Positions 42,133-51,339 are shown, counted from the stretch's first letter. The stretch is 64,000 nucleotides of DNA from an uncultured Pseudomonadota bacterium (GCA_949289935.1 CASEQD010000005.1:66655-130654); one strand, 5' to 3'. A program made the numbers and translations. The notes: generated from the letters alone by a model not told the origin.

Positions 42133-42942
42133 ATGCGTGTGTTCCGTTCCGCCGGCAAAAAGGTATATTTTACCCTGCTGGCTTCTTCTTTTATGTTTCC
42201 GATTTCCGCTTTTGCCCAATGTGTGGAAACAGATTGCAATACGTTAGGCTACGATTCGACAACAGCATGCGACAACGGAATAAAATGTCCCTTCGGCGAA
42301 TATTGGGCTTGTCCCGAACCTAAAGAACCCGAAGGAGCCGTTCTCGGTCAGTGCACAGGTTATGCCAAGAATTGTAAAATCGCCGATATCCTTTACACAG
42401 ACGGTACCTGCTCTGCCGATGTCATTTCCGGTAAAACCCCGGTCGGCGTTGTGGTTTACATCGGCGGGGACGGTTGCGGTCAGGCGCTGGCATTGGAAGG
42501 ACTGGGAGAATATCCATGGTCAACAGAACAGGTCGATATCCCGGATTTGCCGAATTACAGCAGTGAACCAATCAATGACTTTTCCAGTTGTGAGAATACC
42601 AAAACTGTTATTGATTACAGTTACAAACAATATGGAGACAGCGCCTATAAATATTATCCGGCGTTTTGGCAGGTATACAACTACGCGCCGTCAAGCATGC
42701 CGGAAACAAAAGGCAAATGGTGTTTGCCTGCCGGCGGCGTGTTAAACAGTATCTATCAGAACAAAACTGCTATTGACCAAAGCCTAACCAGAATCAACAA
42801 GCCAAACATCGGCAATAGCTACTGGTGGTCGTCGTCCGAGAACACTAATTACTACGCGTGGTACTGGGGCGCGTCTTCGGGTGAATTCGGCAATCGCAAT
42901 AAGCTCTACGGCGACTATGTTCGCCCGGTGCTCGCTTTTTAA
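42133..42942 (+). CDS. secreted Cys-rich DUF1566/C-type-lectin-like protein, paralog P3
   Basis: Signal peptide MRVFRSAGKKVYFTLLASSFMFPISAFA|QC. The body resembles P2 and the C-terminal cassette is unique. Confidence 0.75.
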   Translation: MRVFRSAGKKVYFTLLASSFMFPISAFAQCVETDCNTLGYDSTTACDNGIKCPFGEYWACPEPKEPEGAVLGQCTGYAKNCKIADILYTDGTCSADVISGKTPVGVVVYIGGDGCGQALALEGLGEYPWSTEQVDIPDLPNYSSEPINDFSSCENTKTVIDYSYKQYGDSAYKYYPAFWQVYNYAPSSMPETKGKWCLPAGGVLNSIYQNKTAIDQSLTRINKPNIGNSYWWSSSENTNYYAWYWGASSGEFGNRNKLYGDYVRPVLAF

Positions 42943-42949
42943 CCCGTTA

Positions 42950-43340
42950 CTTTCCTCTTTCCGCCCTGAGGCAGACTACTCTCTTATTCTCTCCCTGAGA
43001 TATGGCGCTTCCTTTTCCTTCTCCTCCCCTGAGTAGGGCACCCCACTTTTTCTCCCCCTGAATAATCCCCGTTTTTCCCTCCCTGAGTAGGGAGGGTCAG
43101 GGAGGGTATGATTCAAAATCAATCATCTGAATTGTTTTTCAACGACAGAGTCTGAATTGTTAGATTGTGAACAGGCGACAGCCTAAGGAAACAATCGTTA
43201 CAATTCAGTTGACCGAAGCAGCTTCGCTGCAAGAAGGTCAGGGAGGGTATGATTCAAAACCAATCATCTGAATTGTTTTTCTGCCTCCAGCCCTACCTCA
43301 GGGAGGAAAACAGAAGAAAGAACTGCCTCAGAGAGGAAAT
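42950..43340. repeat. mosaic repeat cluster R6 (CCTGAGTA units, H1 module bracketed by direct repeats, inverted units)
   Basis: CAGGGAGGGTATGATTCAAAAnCAATCATCTGAATTGTTTTTC occurs at about 43095 and about 43248, flanking an H1 copy. Inverted CCCTACCTCAGGG lies at about 43285. Confidence 0.9.
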
Positions 43341-43500
43341 AAAACCAATCTCTCCACCGGCACAATCTGAGCATCGCGCTTCCTCTGCCCCGGAACCGGA
43401 CACCGCTAACTTTCGGCAGCGGGGGCTCCCCGCCCCATGCCAACCAGCTGCCAACTTGACGCTCAGGCAGTTGCCTGTGAAGCAGCCCCAGCTTCTGGTG
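43341..43500. repeat. 3'-flank element T, copy A (downstream of ftsI)
   Basis: Shares ACCGGCACAATCTGAG[C/T]ATCG, CCCATGCCAACCA and AACTTGACGCTCAGGC blocks with 49030-49125. Confidence 0.75.
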
Positions 43501-45243
43501 TTATCTTTCATAAACGGCTTCAATAATGCGCTTGCGGCGCATTTCATCAAGGTCATAATTTGCTTTGACATTCAGCTGCGGCGCTATTGCCCGGATGATA
43601 TTTCCGGCGGTGGGAACGGTATTCCAGCCCGAAGTGACAAAACCCCAGGTTTCTTTCAGCGGCTGAGGCTCATCCATCATCAGCATTAAAGTATATTGCG
43701 GATTGGAGGCCGGAAAAGTGCCGAGAAAACTGGTCATAACCTTTTTATTGACATAACGCCCGTTAACCAGCTTGTTGGCCGTCCCGGTTTTGCCAGCCAC
43801 TTCATAACCGAGAACATTGGCACGCTTACCGGAACCTTCCACCACCACGCCGCGCAGCAGGTTGCGCATTTCTTTTGAGGTTTTAAGCGACATCACACGC
43901 CTGCCTTCGTTGGCTTTGTCGTGCAGAATAACGCTCGGCGTATGGTAAATGCCGCCGTTCACAACTGCGGAAAAGGCCGTCGCCAGATGAAGCGGCGTAA
44001 CCGAAAGTCCGTAGCCGTAGGCGATGGTGGCCGTGCTGGATTCGCCCCAGCGCCGGGGCAGAATGGGCGAAGCTTTTTCCGCCACTTCAAAATCATCTAT
44101 CGGCGCGAACAAGCCCAGACCGTCCAAAAATTCCTGCTGTTTTTGTTTACCGACCTGTAAGGCGATTTGTGCCGAACCGATGTTGGAGGAGTAGATTAAA
44201 ATTTCCTGCAAGTCTAACCAGCGGTTTTCTCCCCGATAATCTTTAATCACGTTATAACGCAGCTTGAGCGGTTTGGTCGCGTCAAAACGGTCGGTCAGCC
44301 TGATGTGCCCTTTTTCAAGTCCGAGTGCGGCGTTAAAAACCTTAAGGACGGAACCGGGTTCGTACAAGCCTTTGGTTGCAAAGTTAAAAGTGGCGCGGTC
44401 GGATGCTTTAATCGGACGGTTGGGATCATAATCCGGCAGCGATACCATGGCAATGACTTCGGCGGTATTTGTATCCATCAGAATAGCCGCGCCGCCCAGG
44501 GCATGAAATTTTTCGATTCCGGCTTTCAGTTCCTGACGGATGGTATCCTGCACGCCGGCGTCAATGGACAGTTTCAGCGGAATATCCGATTCTCTGAGGC
44601 GGGTATCAAGTTTTTTCTCAAGTCCCGAAATGCCGACATTGTCAATATTGGTTGTTCCGATAAGATGCGCAAACAGATTTTTGTGCGGATAAATGCGTTT
44701 TTCGCTGTCTTCAAATTCCAGCCCGGGAATACCCAGCGCGTTAATCTGATATTGCTGCGAGGGGGAAAGGTTCCTTTTGATATAAACAAAAGAGCCGCGC
44801 TTGTTTAGTTTGGATAAAATATCTTCATAACGGATGTCGGGCAAAATGCGAGCCAGTTCCATAGCGGCTTTTTGCGGATTAATAATTTTCTGCGGATTGG
44901 CATATAAATGAACAGTCGGCAGCGATGTGGCGATAATGGTTCCGTTTCTGTCGACAATATCGGCGCGTTTAATCGGATTCTCCGGCAGAGCATAAAAACG
45001 GTCGGCTTCGGCAACGCTGATCTCGGGACGGTCAAAACTGATGCAGATGTCAAACAGCCGCCCGGCCAAAACCATAAAGACCAGCGCAAACATCAAAATG
45101 GCAAAAGAAACGCGGTTTTTGCATGTGGCAAGAGGATCCCGCTCACAGGTATAGTTCATAAAAGAAAAACTCTTATCTATCTTAATTTCTTCTCCGGGTA
45201 GATAAAAGTTTTCGTTTTTTCTGGAAAAATATTTTCCGAACAT
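43501..45243 (-). CDS. ftsI: peptidoglycan D,D-transpeptidase FtsI (PBP3-type class B PBP)
   Basis: SxxK (SVLK), SxN (SSN) and KTG (KTGTA) motifs. It follows ftsL in an mraZ-rsmH-ftsL-ftsI arrangement. Confidence 0.9.
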   Translation of the reverse strand: MFGKYFSRKNENFYLPGEEIKIDKSFSFMNYTCERDPLATCKNRVSFAILMFALVFMVLAGRLFDICISFDRPEISVAEADRFYALPENPIKRADIVDRNGTIIATSLPTVHLYANPQKIINPQKAAMELARILPDIRYEDILSKLNKRGSFVYIKRNLSPSQQYQINALGIPGLEFEDSEKRIYPHKNLFAHLIGTTNIDNVGISGLEKKLDTRLRESDIPLKLSIDAGVQDTIRQELKAGIEKFHALGGAAILMDTNTAEVIAMVSLPDYDPNRPIKASDRATFNFATKGLYEPGSVLKVFNAALGLEKGHIRLTDRFDATKPLKLRYNVIKDYRGENRWLDLQEILIYSSNIGSAQIALQVGKQKQQEFLDGLGLFAPIDDFEVAEKASPILPRRWGESSTATIAYGYGLSVTPLHLATAFSAVVNGGIYHTPSVILHDKANEGRRVMSLKTSKEMRNLLRGVVVEGSGKRANVLGYEVAGKTGTANKLVNGRYVNKKVMTSFLGTFPASNPQYTLMLMMDEPQPLKETWGFVTSGWNTVPTAGNIIRAIAPQLNVKANYDLDEMRRKRIIEAVYER

Positions 45244-45264
45244 ATTTTGCTTCTGCCCTGCATG

Positions 45265-45648
45265 TTAGTGCCGGGCTCTGACCATTTTCTTCAGTCTGTT
45301 CTGCTCGGCCTTTGAGTTGATGTTTCTTTGAGCGGCGAGTCTTCTGGAAGAGTCGTCCGCTTCATAATCAAATGGTAACGCAGAATAGTTAATAATTTGT
45401 TCAGCCTGAACCGGATTCAGCGAAATATGTTTTGAGGCGAGCTTTCTGAGACGGGCGGGAGAGTTGAGATGACTCCATTCGGCATTCAGAACATGAATGC
45501 TTTTCACGTCGTCCTGAATGTTGCGGTTGATTTGCGCCAGTTCCTGTTCCAGTGACTGAACCCTGTTTTTCATCACCAGCATGCCGCAGCCGACAAGGCA
45601 GGTCAGGGTAATCCATAAACTCAGTGTTGCCGTTCTTGTACTTGTCAT
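45265..45648 (-). CDS. ftsL: cell division protein FtsL (alphaproteobacterial type)
   Basis: 127 aa with a single TM and coiled coil. Its position between rsmH and ftsI fits FtsL. Confidence 0.75.
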   Translation of the reverse strand: MTSTRTATLSLWITLTCLVGCGMLVMKNRVQSLEQELAQINRNIQDDVKSIHVLNAEWSHLNSPARLRKLASKHISLNPVQAEQIINYSALPFDYEADDSSRRLAAQRNINSKAEQNRLKKMVRARH

Positions 45649-45667
45649 GGAACATCATCCTTTCTGG

Positions 45668-46585
45668 TTAACGCTTCACTGCAAACCGGAGCTTGGCCGA
45701 TCTGGAGCGGGGGTTGCGCAAAATTTCTTCTTGTGTCGGAGTCAGGGCTTTTGATATTTCTGCCAGTCTGACATCTCCGGCAATTTTTTGAACCGGCAGA
45801 TAGCGTGAAACATGTTCTTTTTTGCCGGCATTTTCTCTAAAAAAGGTTTTAACGATTCTGTCTTCCAGCGAATGAAAACTGACCACAACCAGCCGTCCGC
45901 CGTTTTTGAGCTTTTCCAACGCGCCGCTCAAACCTCTTTCCAGTTCGCCGAGTTCGTCATTAACGGCAATCCGCAGAGCCTGAAAAGTCCGGGTGGCCGG
46001 ATCTGTGCCGTTAGGTGTTTTGTGTAGAATTGTATAAATGATTTCAGCCAGTTCCCGGGTAGTTTCAATTTTTTTTGTTTTCCGGTATTCGACAATTCTG
46101 GCGGCAATCCGGCGTGATTTTTTTTCTTCGCCGTATTTATAAATAAGATCGGCCAATTCCTGTTCCGAAAGTGTATTGACCAAATCTGCCGCTGTTTTGC
46201 CGGTGCATGACATGCGCATGTCCAAAGGAGCGTCTTTGGAAAAAGAAAAGCCGCGGGAGCCTTCGTCAAGCTGCATTGATGAGACGCCGATGTCAAATAC
46301 GGCGCCGTTGACGTCTTCCGAAATCAAATCTGCAAAATCACCGAATTTCCCGGCGCGGAATTCAAACCGTCCGGCATATTTTTTCATCATTTCTTCGGCT
46401 CTTTTTCCGACATTCGGGTCGCGGTCAAGGGCAATTACCCGGCAGTTTGCCGCATTAAGAACAGCTTCGCTGTATCCGCCGTTTCCGAAAGTGGCGTCAA
46501 CATAAATTTCTCCATCGGCAGGCTTGAGAACTTTCAACACTTCTTCCAGCATAACCGGAATATGTTTTTGCCGCGGCTCAGTCAT
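45668..46585 (-). CDS. rsmH: 16S rRNA (cytosine1402-N4)-methyltransferase RsmH
   Basis: HIPVMLEEV, DATFGNGGYS, DLGVSS-like DIGVSSMQLD and SFHSLEDR motifs. Confidence 0.9.
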   Translation of the reverse strand: MTEPRQKHIPVMLEEVLKVLKPADGEIYVDATFGNGGYSEAVLNAANCRVIALDRDPNVGKRAEEMMKKYAGRFEFRAGKFGDFADLISEDVNGAVFDIGVSSMQLDEGSRGFSFSKDAPLDMRMSCTGKTAADLVNTLSEQELADLIYKYGEEKKSRRIAARIVEYRKTKKIETTRELAEIIYTILHKTPNGTDPATRTFQALRIAVNDELGELERGLSGALEKLKNGGRLVVVSFHSLEDRIVKTFFRENAGKKEHVSRYLPVQKIAGDVRLAEISKALTPTQEEILRNPRSRSAKLRFAVKR

Positions 46586-47051
46586 GGACAGCCTCCGCCG
46601 ACTTATTCAAAACCGGACGTTTTTTCAAAACTTCGGCTCTGATGCGGGCTTCTTCTTTGGCCCAGTTTTCCGGATTCCAAATTTGAAATTTGCGCCCTTT
46701 GCCGACAAAAACGGCCGTATCGGTAATGCCTGCATGTTTCATCAGCTTTTCCGATAAATTAATTCTTCCCGTCGAATCAAACGGAAAACGTTTGGCATCG
46801 CCGAAAATCAGATTGGTTAAATCATCCTGCTCTTGTGAAAAGAAATCCATGGAATTTTCCATTTCGGCGGCCAGCTTGTCGAGCAGCTCTTCCGTGCATC
46901 CCTCGATGCAAGGGGCTGTCAGGCTCCGGTAACAGACAATTTCGGTTGATAATTCTTTAAGAATTGCGCGGTAATCTGAAGGAAGGGAAACGCGTCCTTT
47001 GGCGTCTACCTTGTTTGTAATGGTGTCAATAAAAAGAAAACTTTTTCTCAA
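46578..47051 (-). CDS. mraZ: transcriptional regulator MraZ
   Basis: VDAKGRVSLP and a second SpoVT/AbrB-like repeat (DSTGRINL). TTG start. It is the first gene of the dcw-type operon. Confidence 0.85.
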   Translation of the reverse strand: MRKSFLFIDTITNKVDAKGRVSLPSDYRAILKELSTEIVCYRSLTAPCIEGCTEELLDKLAAEMENSMDFFSQEQDDLTNLIFGDAKRFPFDSTGRINLSEKLMKHAGITDTAVFVGKGRKFQIWNPENWAKEEARIRAEVLKKRPVLNKSAEAVHD

Positions 47052-47090
47052 CCCCGAAAATCCCTTCCAAAATCATTATCCTTACAGGTT

Positions 47091-47130
47091 ATGGTATAAC
47101 ATGGGATTTTATGGGAATCAATGGGAAATT
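47091..47130. promoter_or_regulatory. four direct decamer repeats ATGG(G/T)Annnn upstream of mraZ (candidate MraZ operator)
   Basis: ATGGTATAAC ATGGGATTTT ATGGGAATCA ATGGGAAATT show exact 10-nt phasing, 40-80 nt upstream of the mraZ start. Confidence 0.55.
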
Positions 47131-47369
47131 TTAGTATTTTGTTAACTGTTCATGTTTTGTTCTGAAGAGGAATGACGGCGATTCGCGCAAGTCTGCACTG
47201 AGCCTGTATTTGAAGGAAATGAAAATTCGAACATAAATTTGTATTTTTTTTAACAGTTTTTTTAAAACTTCATGTTAATAACTGTTTTTCTGATCCGACT
47301 CGGGAAAATATGGCTGTTTTTTTTGAAATATCTCCGTTTCGCCATGAACATTTTTTGCCGCTTTCCTCC

Positions 47370-47414
47370 TGAAAACAATTGAAGCTGAAGCGTCGTTCGT
47401 TGCTTCAGCTTCAA
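47370..47414 (-). terminator. terminator-like hairpin downstream of paralog P4
   Basis: 13-bp perfect stem TTGAAGCTGAAGC/GCTTCAGCTTCAA, followed on the minus strand by TTGTTTTC. Confidence 0.6.
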
Positions 47415-47478
47415 CCATCTCTCCTGCTCAAAAAGAGAAACAGGAGAATTGTGTCTGGGAGAGAAAATAAATGACGGG

Positions 47479-48420
47479 CTAAAACTCAATTACCGGAATA
47501 ACCGAATTTAGAAGCCCTTTAGGATCAGCACTACCCCAAACTCCGCCAGGTAGTGCTAAAAACCATGTATAATCTTCATTTCTTTCTGATGATGACCACC
47601 ACCACCCGTCTTTTCCAATATCCTTTTCAGCAAGTCTTATCAAACTTTGATTTATCAATTCTATGTTTTTATAAGCATTCTCCAAGACACCGGCAGCAGG
47701 CAAACACCACTTTCCTTTTGTTATTGAAGAAGGTGCATAATTATGAGCTTTCCAAGCTGCAGTATAATATTTCCATGCACTTTCTCCATATTTTTCCTTG
47801 CTGTAATTTATAATATTTTCTGTATTTTTGCAGCTGTCAAAATCTTTTAATGCGTCTTCTTTAGTCTCATAATTAGGTAAATTTGGAACATCAATAATTT
47901 CTGTCGACCATGAAACTTCTTCCAATTCTTCCAGTGCCAAAGCCTGACCGCAGCCGTCCCCGCCGATGTAAACCACAATGCCGACCGGTTCAACCCCGCT
48001 GACGCGGTAGTCCGAGCAGCTGCCGTCAATATTCAAAATTTGACCTATTTTGCAGTTTTTGGCGTAACCGGTGCACTGGCCGAGAATCGCTCCGGCTCTC
48101 TTCGTACAGGCGCCGTCTTTCCATTCATAACCGGAAGCACAGGTACAGGAGGCATATTTGTTGTTACAGGGCGTTCCGCTGCCGGAAGCATAGCCGGTGC
48201 CGGAACAATCGTATTTGAAGCCGTATTCGGCGCAGGTTTCTTCCTTGCTGGACGGGCATGCCCATTTATCGCCGAAAGGGCATTTGATGCCTTTTCCATT
48301 CGGGCAGGAAGTTTCGGTATATCCCAAAGTCGCACAGTCAGTGGTTGCCACGCACTGGGCGTTAACAAACTGAGGAATTAAGGACAGACTCGTCCCTAAG
48401 AGTAAAGTTTTGATTTTCAT
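47479..48420 (-). CDS. secreted Cys-rich DUF1566/C-type-lectin-like protein, divergent paralog P4
   Basis: I chose ATG 48420 after AAGGAG. Signal peptide MKIKTLLLGTSLSLIPQFVNA|QC. It has the same domain order as P1-P3 plus a roughly 50-aa Cys/Gly-rich insertion. The C-terminus is WWWSSSE...VIPVIEF. Confidence 0.75.
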   Translation of the reverse strand: MKIKTLLLGTSLSLIPQFVNAQCVATTDCATLGYTETSCPNGKGIKCPFGDKWACPSSKEETCAEYGFKYDCSGTGYASGSGTPCNNKYASCTCASGYEWKDGACTKRAGAILGQCTGYAKNCKIGQILNIDGSCSDYRVSGVEPVGIVVYIGGDGCGQALALEELEEVSWSTEIIDVPNLPNYETKEDALKDFDSCKNTENIINYSKEKYGESAWKYYTAAWKAHNYAPSSITKGKWCLPAAGVLENAYKNIELINQSLIRLAEKDIGKDGWWWSSSERNEDYTWFLALPGGVWGSADPKGLLNSVIPVIEF

Positions 48421-48654
48421 TGTTAGCTCCTTTGTTTTCAAGTTAAACAAACTCTCCGTTTGCTGTTCAAAACAAAGGAGAGTGGAGCTAGAAAACTGTC
48501 ACAATACAGTCGTTGTTATTCAATATATTACCAACACTCCACTCATTGAGTGGATGTTTCCATTGTGAGGTGTTTTCTAGACACCACAGACAGCTTTCCT
48601 GCCTGCAATTATAAGTATAGCGGAAATTGGTTAAAAAATAAAGAAGATTTTTTT

Positions 48655-48965
48655 GTTTGACTCATACCCTCCCTAACCCTCCCTACCTCAGGGAGGGAAC
48701 TCTCCATTTTCTTTCCCAAGTAGCCTCTCCACTTTCTCTCCCCCTGAGTAATCCTCACCTTTTTCTCCTCCCCTGAGTAGGGGAGGCGGGAGGGGTATGA
48801 ATCTAAAACGAATGATCTAATCTCCACCCCCTGAGTAGGGCTGGAGGCAGAAAAACAATCCGGTGAATTGTTTTTCAACGACAGAGTCTGAATTGTTAGA
48901 TTGTGAACAGGCGGTAGCCTGAGGAAACGATTGTTTCCTCCCTCTGATGTAGGGCTGGAGGAAAA
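48655..48965. repeat. mosaic repeat cluster R7 (inverted and direct CCTGAGTA units, H1 variant)
   Basis: Starts with the reverse complement of GGTTAGGGAGGGTATGAGTC. CCTGAGTA cores lie at about 48745, 48772 and 48830. An H1 copy with an altered right arm spans 48843-48940. Confidence 0.9.
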
Positions 48966-48994
48966 AGAGCCTTATTCATAAAAGGAAAATAATT

Positions 48995-49028
48995 ATCAAA
49001 AACCATCACCCCGGACTTATCCCGGGGA
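48995..49028 (-). terminator. weak terminator-like hairpin downstream of the T4CP gene
   Basis: CCCCGG...CCGGGG stem. On the minus strand a T-run follows after 6 nt. Confidence 0.4.
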
Positions 49029-49029
49029 G

Positions 49030-49125
49030 TTCTTCAGCAACCGGCACAATCTGAGTATCGAGCATCATCAGTCCCATGCCAACCAATAGCTGACCAAGGG
49101 TTAACTTGACGCTCAGGCCGGTACC
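49030..49125. repeat. 3'-flank element T, copy B (downstream of the T4CP gene)
   Basis: Same three conserved blocks as 43341-43500. Confidence 0.75.
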
Positions 49126-49127
49126 GG

Positions 49128-51323
49128 TTATTCTTCGTCTTCTTCAAAATCGTCTTCGTCGTTCGGATCATATTCAATGCCGAGCTTTGCCAGCATATCT
49201 TCATTAATGTCCTCGCGCTGGGCGACAATCCAGTCCGGAACACAGGGAGCGGCAGGCAGAGCGGCCAGAGCTTTCATTTTCTTGTCCAGATACCAGCGGG
49301 GCGAGTCGGCCATAATCGGCCGGTCAATAAAGCCTTGCATCAAAACAACCTGTTTCAGCATCGGCAGGCTGAGCAGCTGAGTTGTACTGATAACGGATGT
49401 CCCCTGCAGTTGATAGGATACGTTTTTTGAAAAAGGATTGGCGCCTTTGCCCATACCTTCGTTTTTGGAAAATGATGTGGTTTGTACGGTTTTGTTGCCG
49501 ATCATTTTGGAAAAACGCTGGGCGGTCACTTCGTTGTTTTGCGACAGAATGATTTTGCAGGCGGTTGTGGAAATAACGGTTTCCAAATCGTCTTTTCCAT
49601 ATTTTCCGGAGATTTGCCCGAGGTCTTGCCCGATAAGCAGATACGACACTTTTTGTCCGCGTCCGACTGCCGGCCCGTCAATAATGGCTTTCAGCTTCGG
49701 CATTTGCGGAAACTCGTCAAGCACAAACAACGCGGGAAAAGGCCCCATCACGCCGTCGGTTTTGTTTTTGAATTTCGGTGGATTGGCAATCAAATAAGAC
49801 GACATCAGCTCAATGAACGTACCGCTGATAATGCCGAGCGCGCGGGCATCCACCTGGTTGACCGACAAATAAACCGAAATTGGTTTCCATTCGCCGGTAA
49901 CCGGATCTTTCATCCCGCGCAGGTCTTTAAATTGCAAATCCGAAAAACTGGTACGCGACACCACGGCCGAGTTCTTAAAAATGCCGATACCTGCCAAACC
50001 GGTGGAAAGAACCGAGCCTCGTTCTTTGTCAGGCATGGCGGAAAGTTGGCTGAGCTCGGTAATGCAGCGGTTGGAATAACCAAATTTGCGGGCTTCCTCA
50101 ATGGCTTCTTCCAGCATGTTGCGCATCGGATCGGCCATAGCCGCCATCTGGTCTCCTTCTTCCACCCGGCGCTTGATTTCCTGCGACTGTTTGATTTGTG
50201 CTTCCGTAATCCATTCCAGAATCATGGCCAGACAAGGCTCATGCCCGATCCATTTTTCCGGCAGCAGGCTCCATGTCCCGATAGGCAGATAATTGTCGAT
50301 TGTAACATTATTGGTTCTGACGTCCTGAATGGCTTTTGCCGCCAGCGGATCGTGCATTTCCAGATAATAGCTTTCCAGCACGCGCTTGTCTTCTTCATCA
50401 AGCTTGCCCTCATAAATACGGCCGATGAAATAGTCGTTGGCTCGGGCTTTTTCACATTTGAAAGAAACAAAATGAATAAAGCCGGTCAAAGCGGAACGTC
50501 CGGTTTTGGACCAGTGCGGGTCGGCGCCGCCCTTGGGATCTTCCACCAGAATATTGCACATTGAGTCAATATACATATCGCGGTCTGGGCCGGGCAGCGG
50601 CAGAGCATTCGGAGAAAGAGGATTCCAACTCGGATAATAAATACCTTCGGCCGGATTGTCTTCCGCTCCCCAGTTAATGACAAACACGGGGCCTTCTTTG
50701 GCTCTGGCGCCGGTTGTACTGTAACACAATTCGGGCTTCGGGTCGTTAACGATAATGCTCAGTCCCTGCGAATTGAAAATCGTCGGCATAACCACGCCGA
50801 CCGTTTTACCTGTTCCCGGCGGCGCGCAGCACAGAGTTGCCAGTGTTTCTTTCAGCTTCAGCAAATGTCCTTTGTACTTTCCGACCACCATGCAGAAACC
50901 GTCCAGCAGTCCCATCTTTTTTATGTCTTTCAAATCAGCCAGCCGGGCGGAACCGTGAATGTTCGATTGAAAACGATAAGGATTGGTGATGATGCCGATT
51001 GTCAGCCCGACGGGCAGGGCGATAAACGGCAGAATTGGAAGCCACAAACTCACCGAAAAAGCGCCGTGATAACTTGTCAGTTGGCGGAACCAAATGCTGT
51101 AGCGCGACATCAGATAAGAGGGATTTTGAACAATCGTCTGAATAAAACGGGAAACCTCGTTCATGCTGTTTTGCGAAATGCCGCTGCCGATAAGATATCC
51201 CAGCGGCAGCGCCAAAATCAAAAGTGCAATGGTTATCACCAGGGAGATAATAACCGTAACAACCATCCATTGCACGGCATGGTCATATTCTTCCCATTCT
51301 TCCCCTCTTTTTTCCATCCCCAT
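49128..51323 (-). CDS. VirD4/TraG-family type IV secretion coupling protein-like ATPase
   Basis: 731 aa with two N-terminal TM helices. Walker A region CCAPPGTGKTVGVVMPTIFNSQGLSIIVNDPKPE, Walker B ALFVLDEFPQM, and GRGQKVSYLLIGQDLGQI...YG, as in VirD4/TraG. The tail is acidic (DEDDFEEDEE). Confidence 0.8.
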   Translation of the reverse strand: MGMEKRGEEWEEYDHAVQWMVVTVIISLVITIALLILALPLGYLIGSGISQNSMNEVSRFIQTIVQNPSYLMSRYSIWFRQLTSYHGAFSVSLWLPILPFIALPVGLTIGIITNPYRFQSNIHGSARLADLKDIKKMGLLDGFCMVVGKYKGHLLKLKETLATLCCAPPGTGKTVGVVMPTIFNSQGLSIIVNDPKPELCYSTTGARAKEGPVFVINWGAEDNPAEGIYYPSWNPLSPNALPLPGPDRDMYIDSMCNILVEDPKGGADPHWSKTGRSALTGFIHFVSFKCEKARANDYFIGRIYEGKLDEEDKRVLESYYLEMHDPLAAKAIQDVRTNNVTIDNYLPIGTWSLLPEKWIGHEPCLAMILEWITEAQIKQSQEIKRRVEEGDQMAAMADPMRNMLEEAIEEARKFGYSNRCITELSQLSAMPDKERGSVLSTGLAGIGIFKNSAVVSRTSFSDLQFKDLRGMKDPVTGEWKPISVYLSVNQVDARALGIISGTFIELMSSYLIANPPKFKNKTDGVMGPFPALFVLDEFPQMPKLKAIIDGPAVGRGQKVSYLLIGQDLGQISGKYGKDDLETVISTTACKIILSQNNEVTAQRFSKMIGNKTVQTTSFSKNEGMGKGANPFSKNVSYQLQGTSVISTTQLLSLPMLKQVVLMQGFIDRPIMADSPRWYLDKKMKALAALPAAPCVPDWIVAQREDINEDMLAKLGIEYDPNDEDDFEEDEE

Positions 51324-51339
51324 GTCTACCCTCTTGTGT

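Noticed and set aside
43341-43500. Element T as a tRNA fragment or attachment site
   Set aside because: I could not fold either copy into a tRNA arm arrangement. The two copies bracket core dcw genes rather than an island.
47479-47610. C-terminal region of paralog P4 as the template repeat for the P1-P3 cassettes
   Set aside because: P4 differs from the cassettes at many positions where they are invariant (e.g. TTT TTA GCA CTA versus CGC TGG TAC GCG), not only at adenine-derived sites. It is also part of an intact coding sequence.
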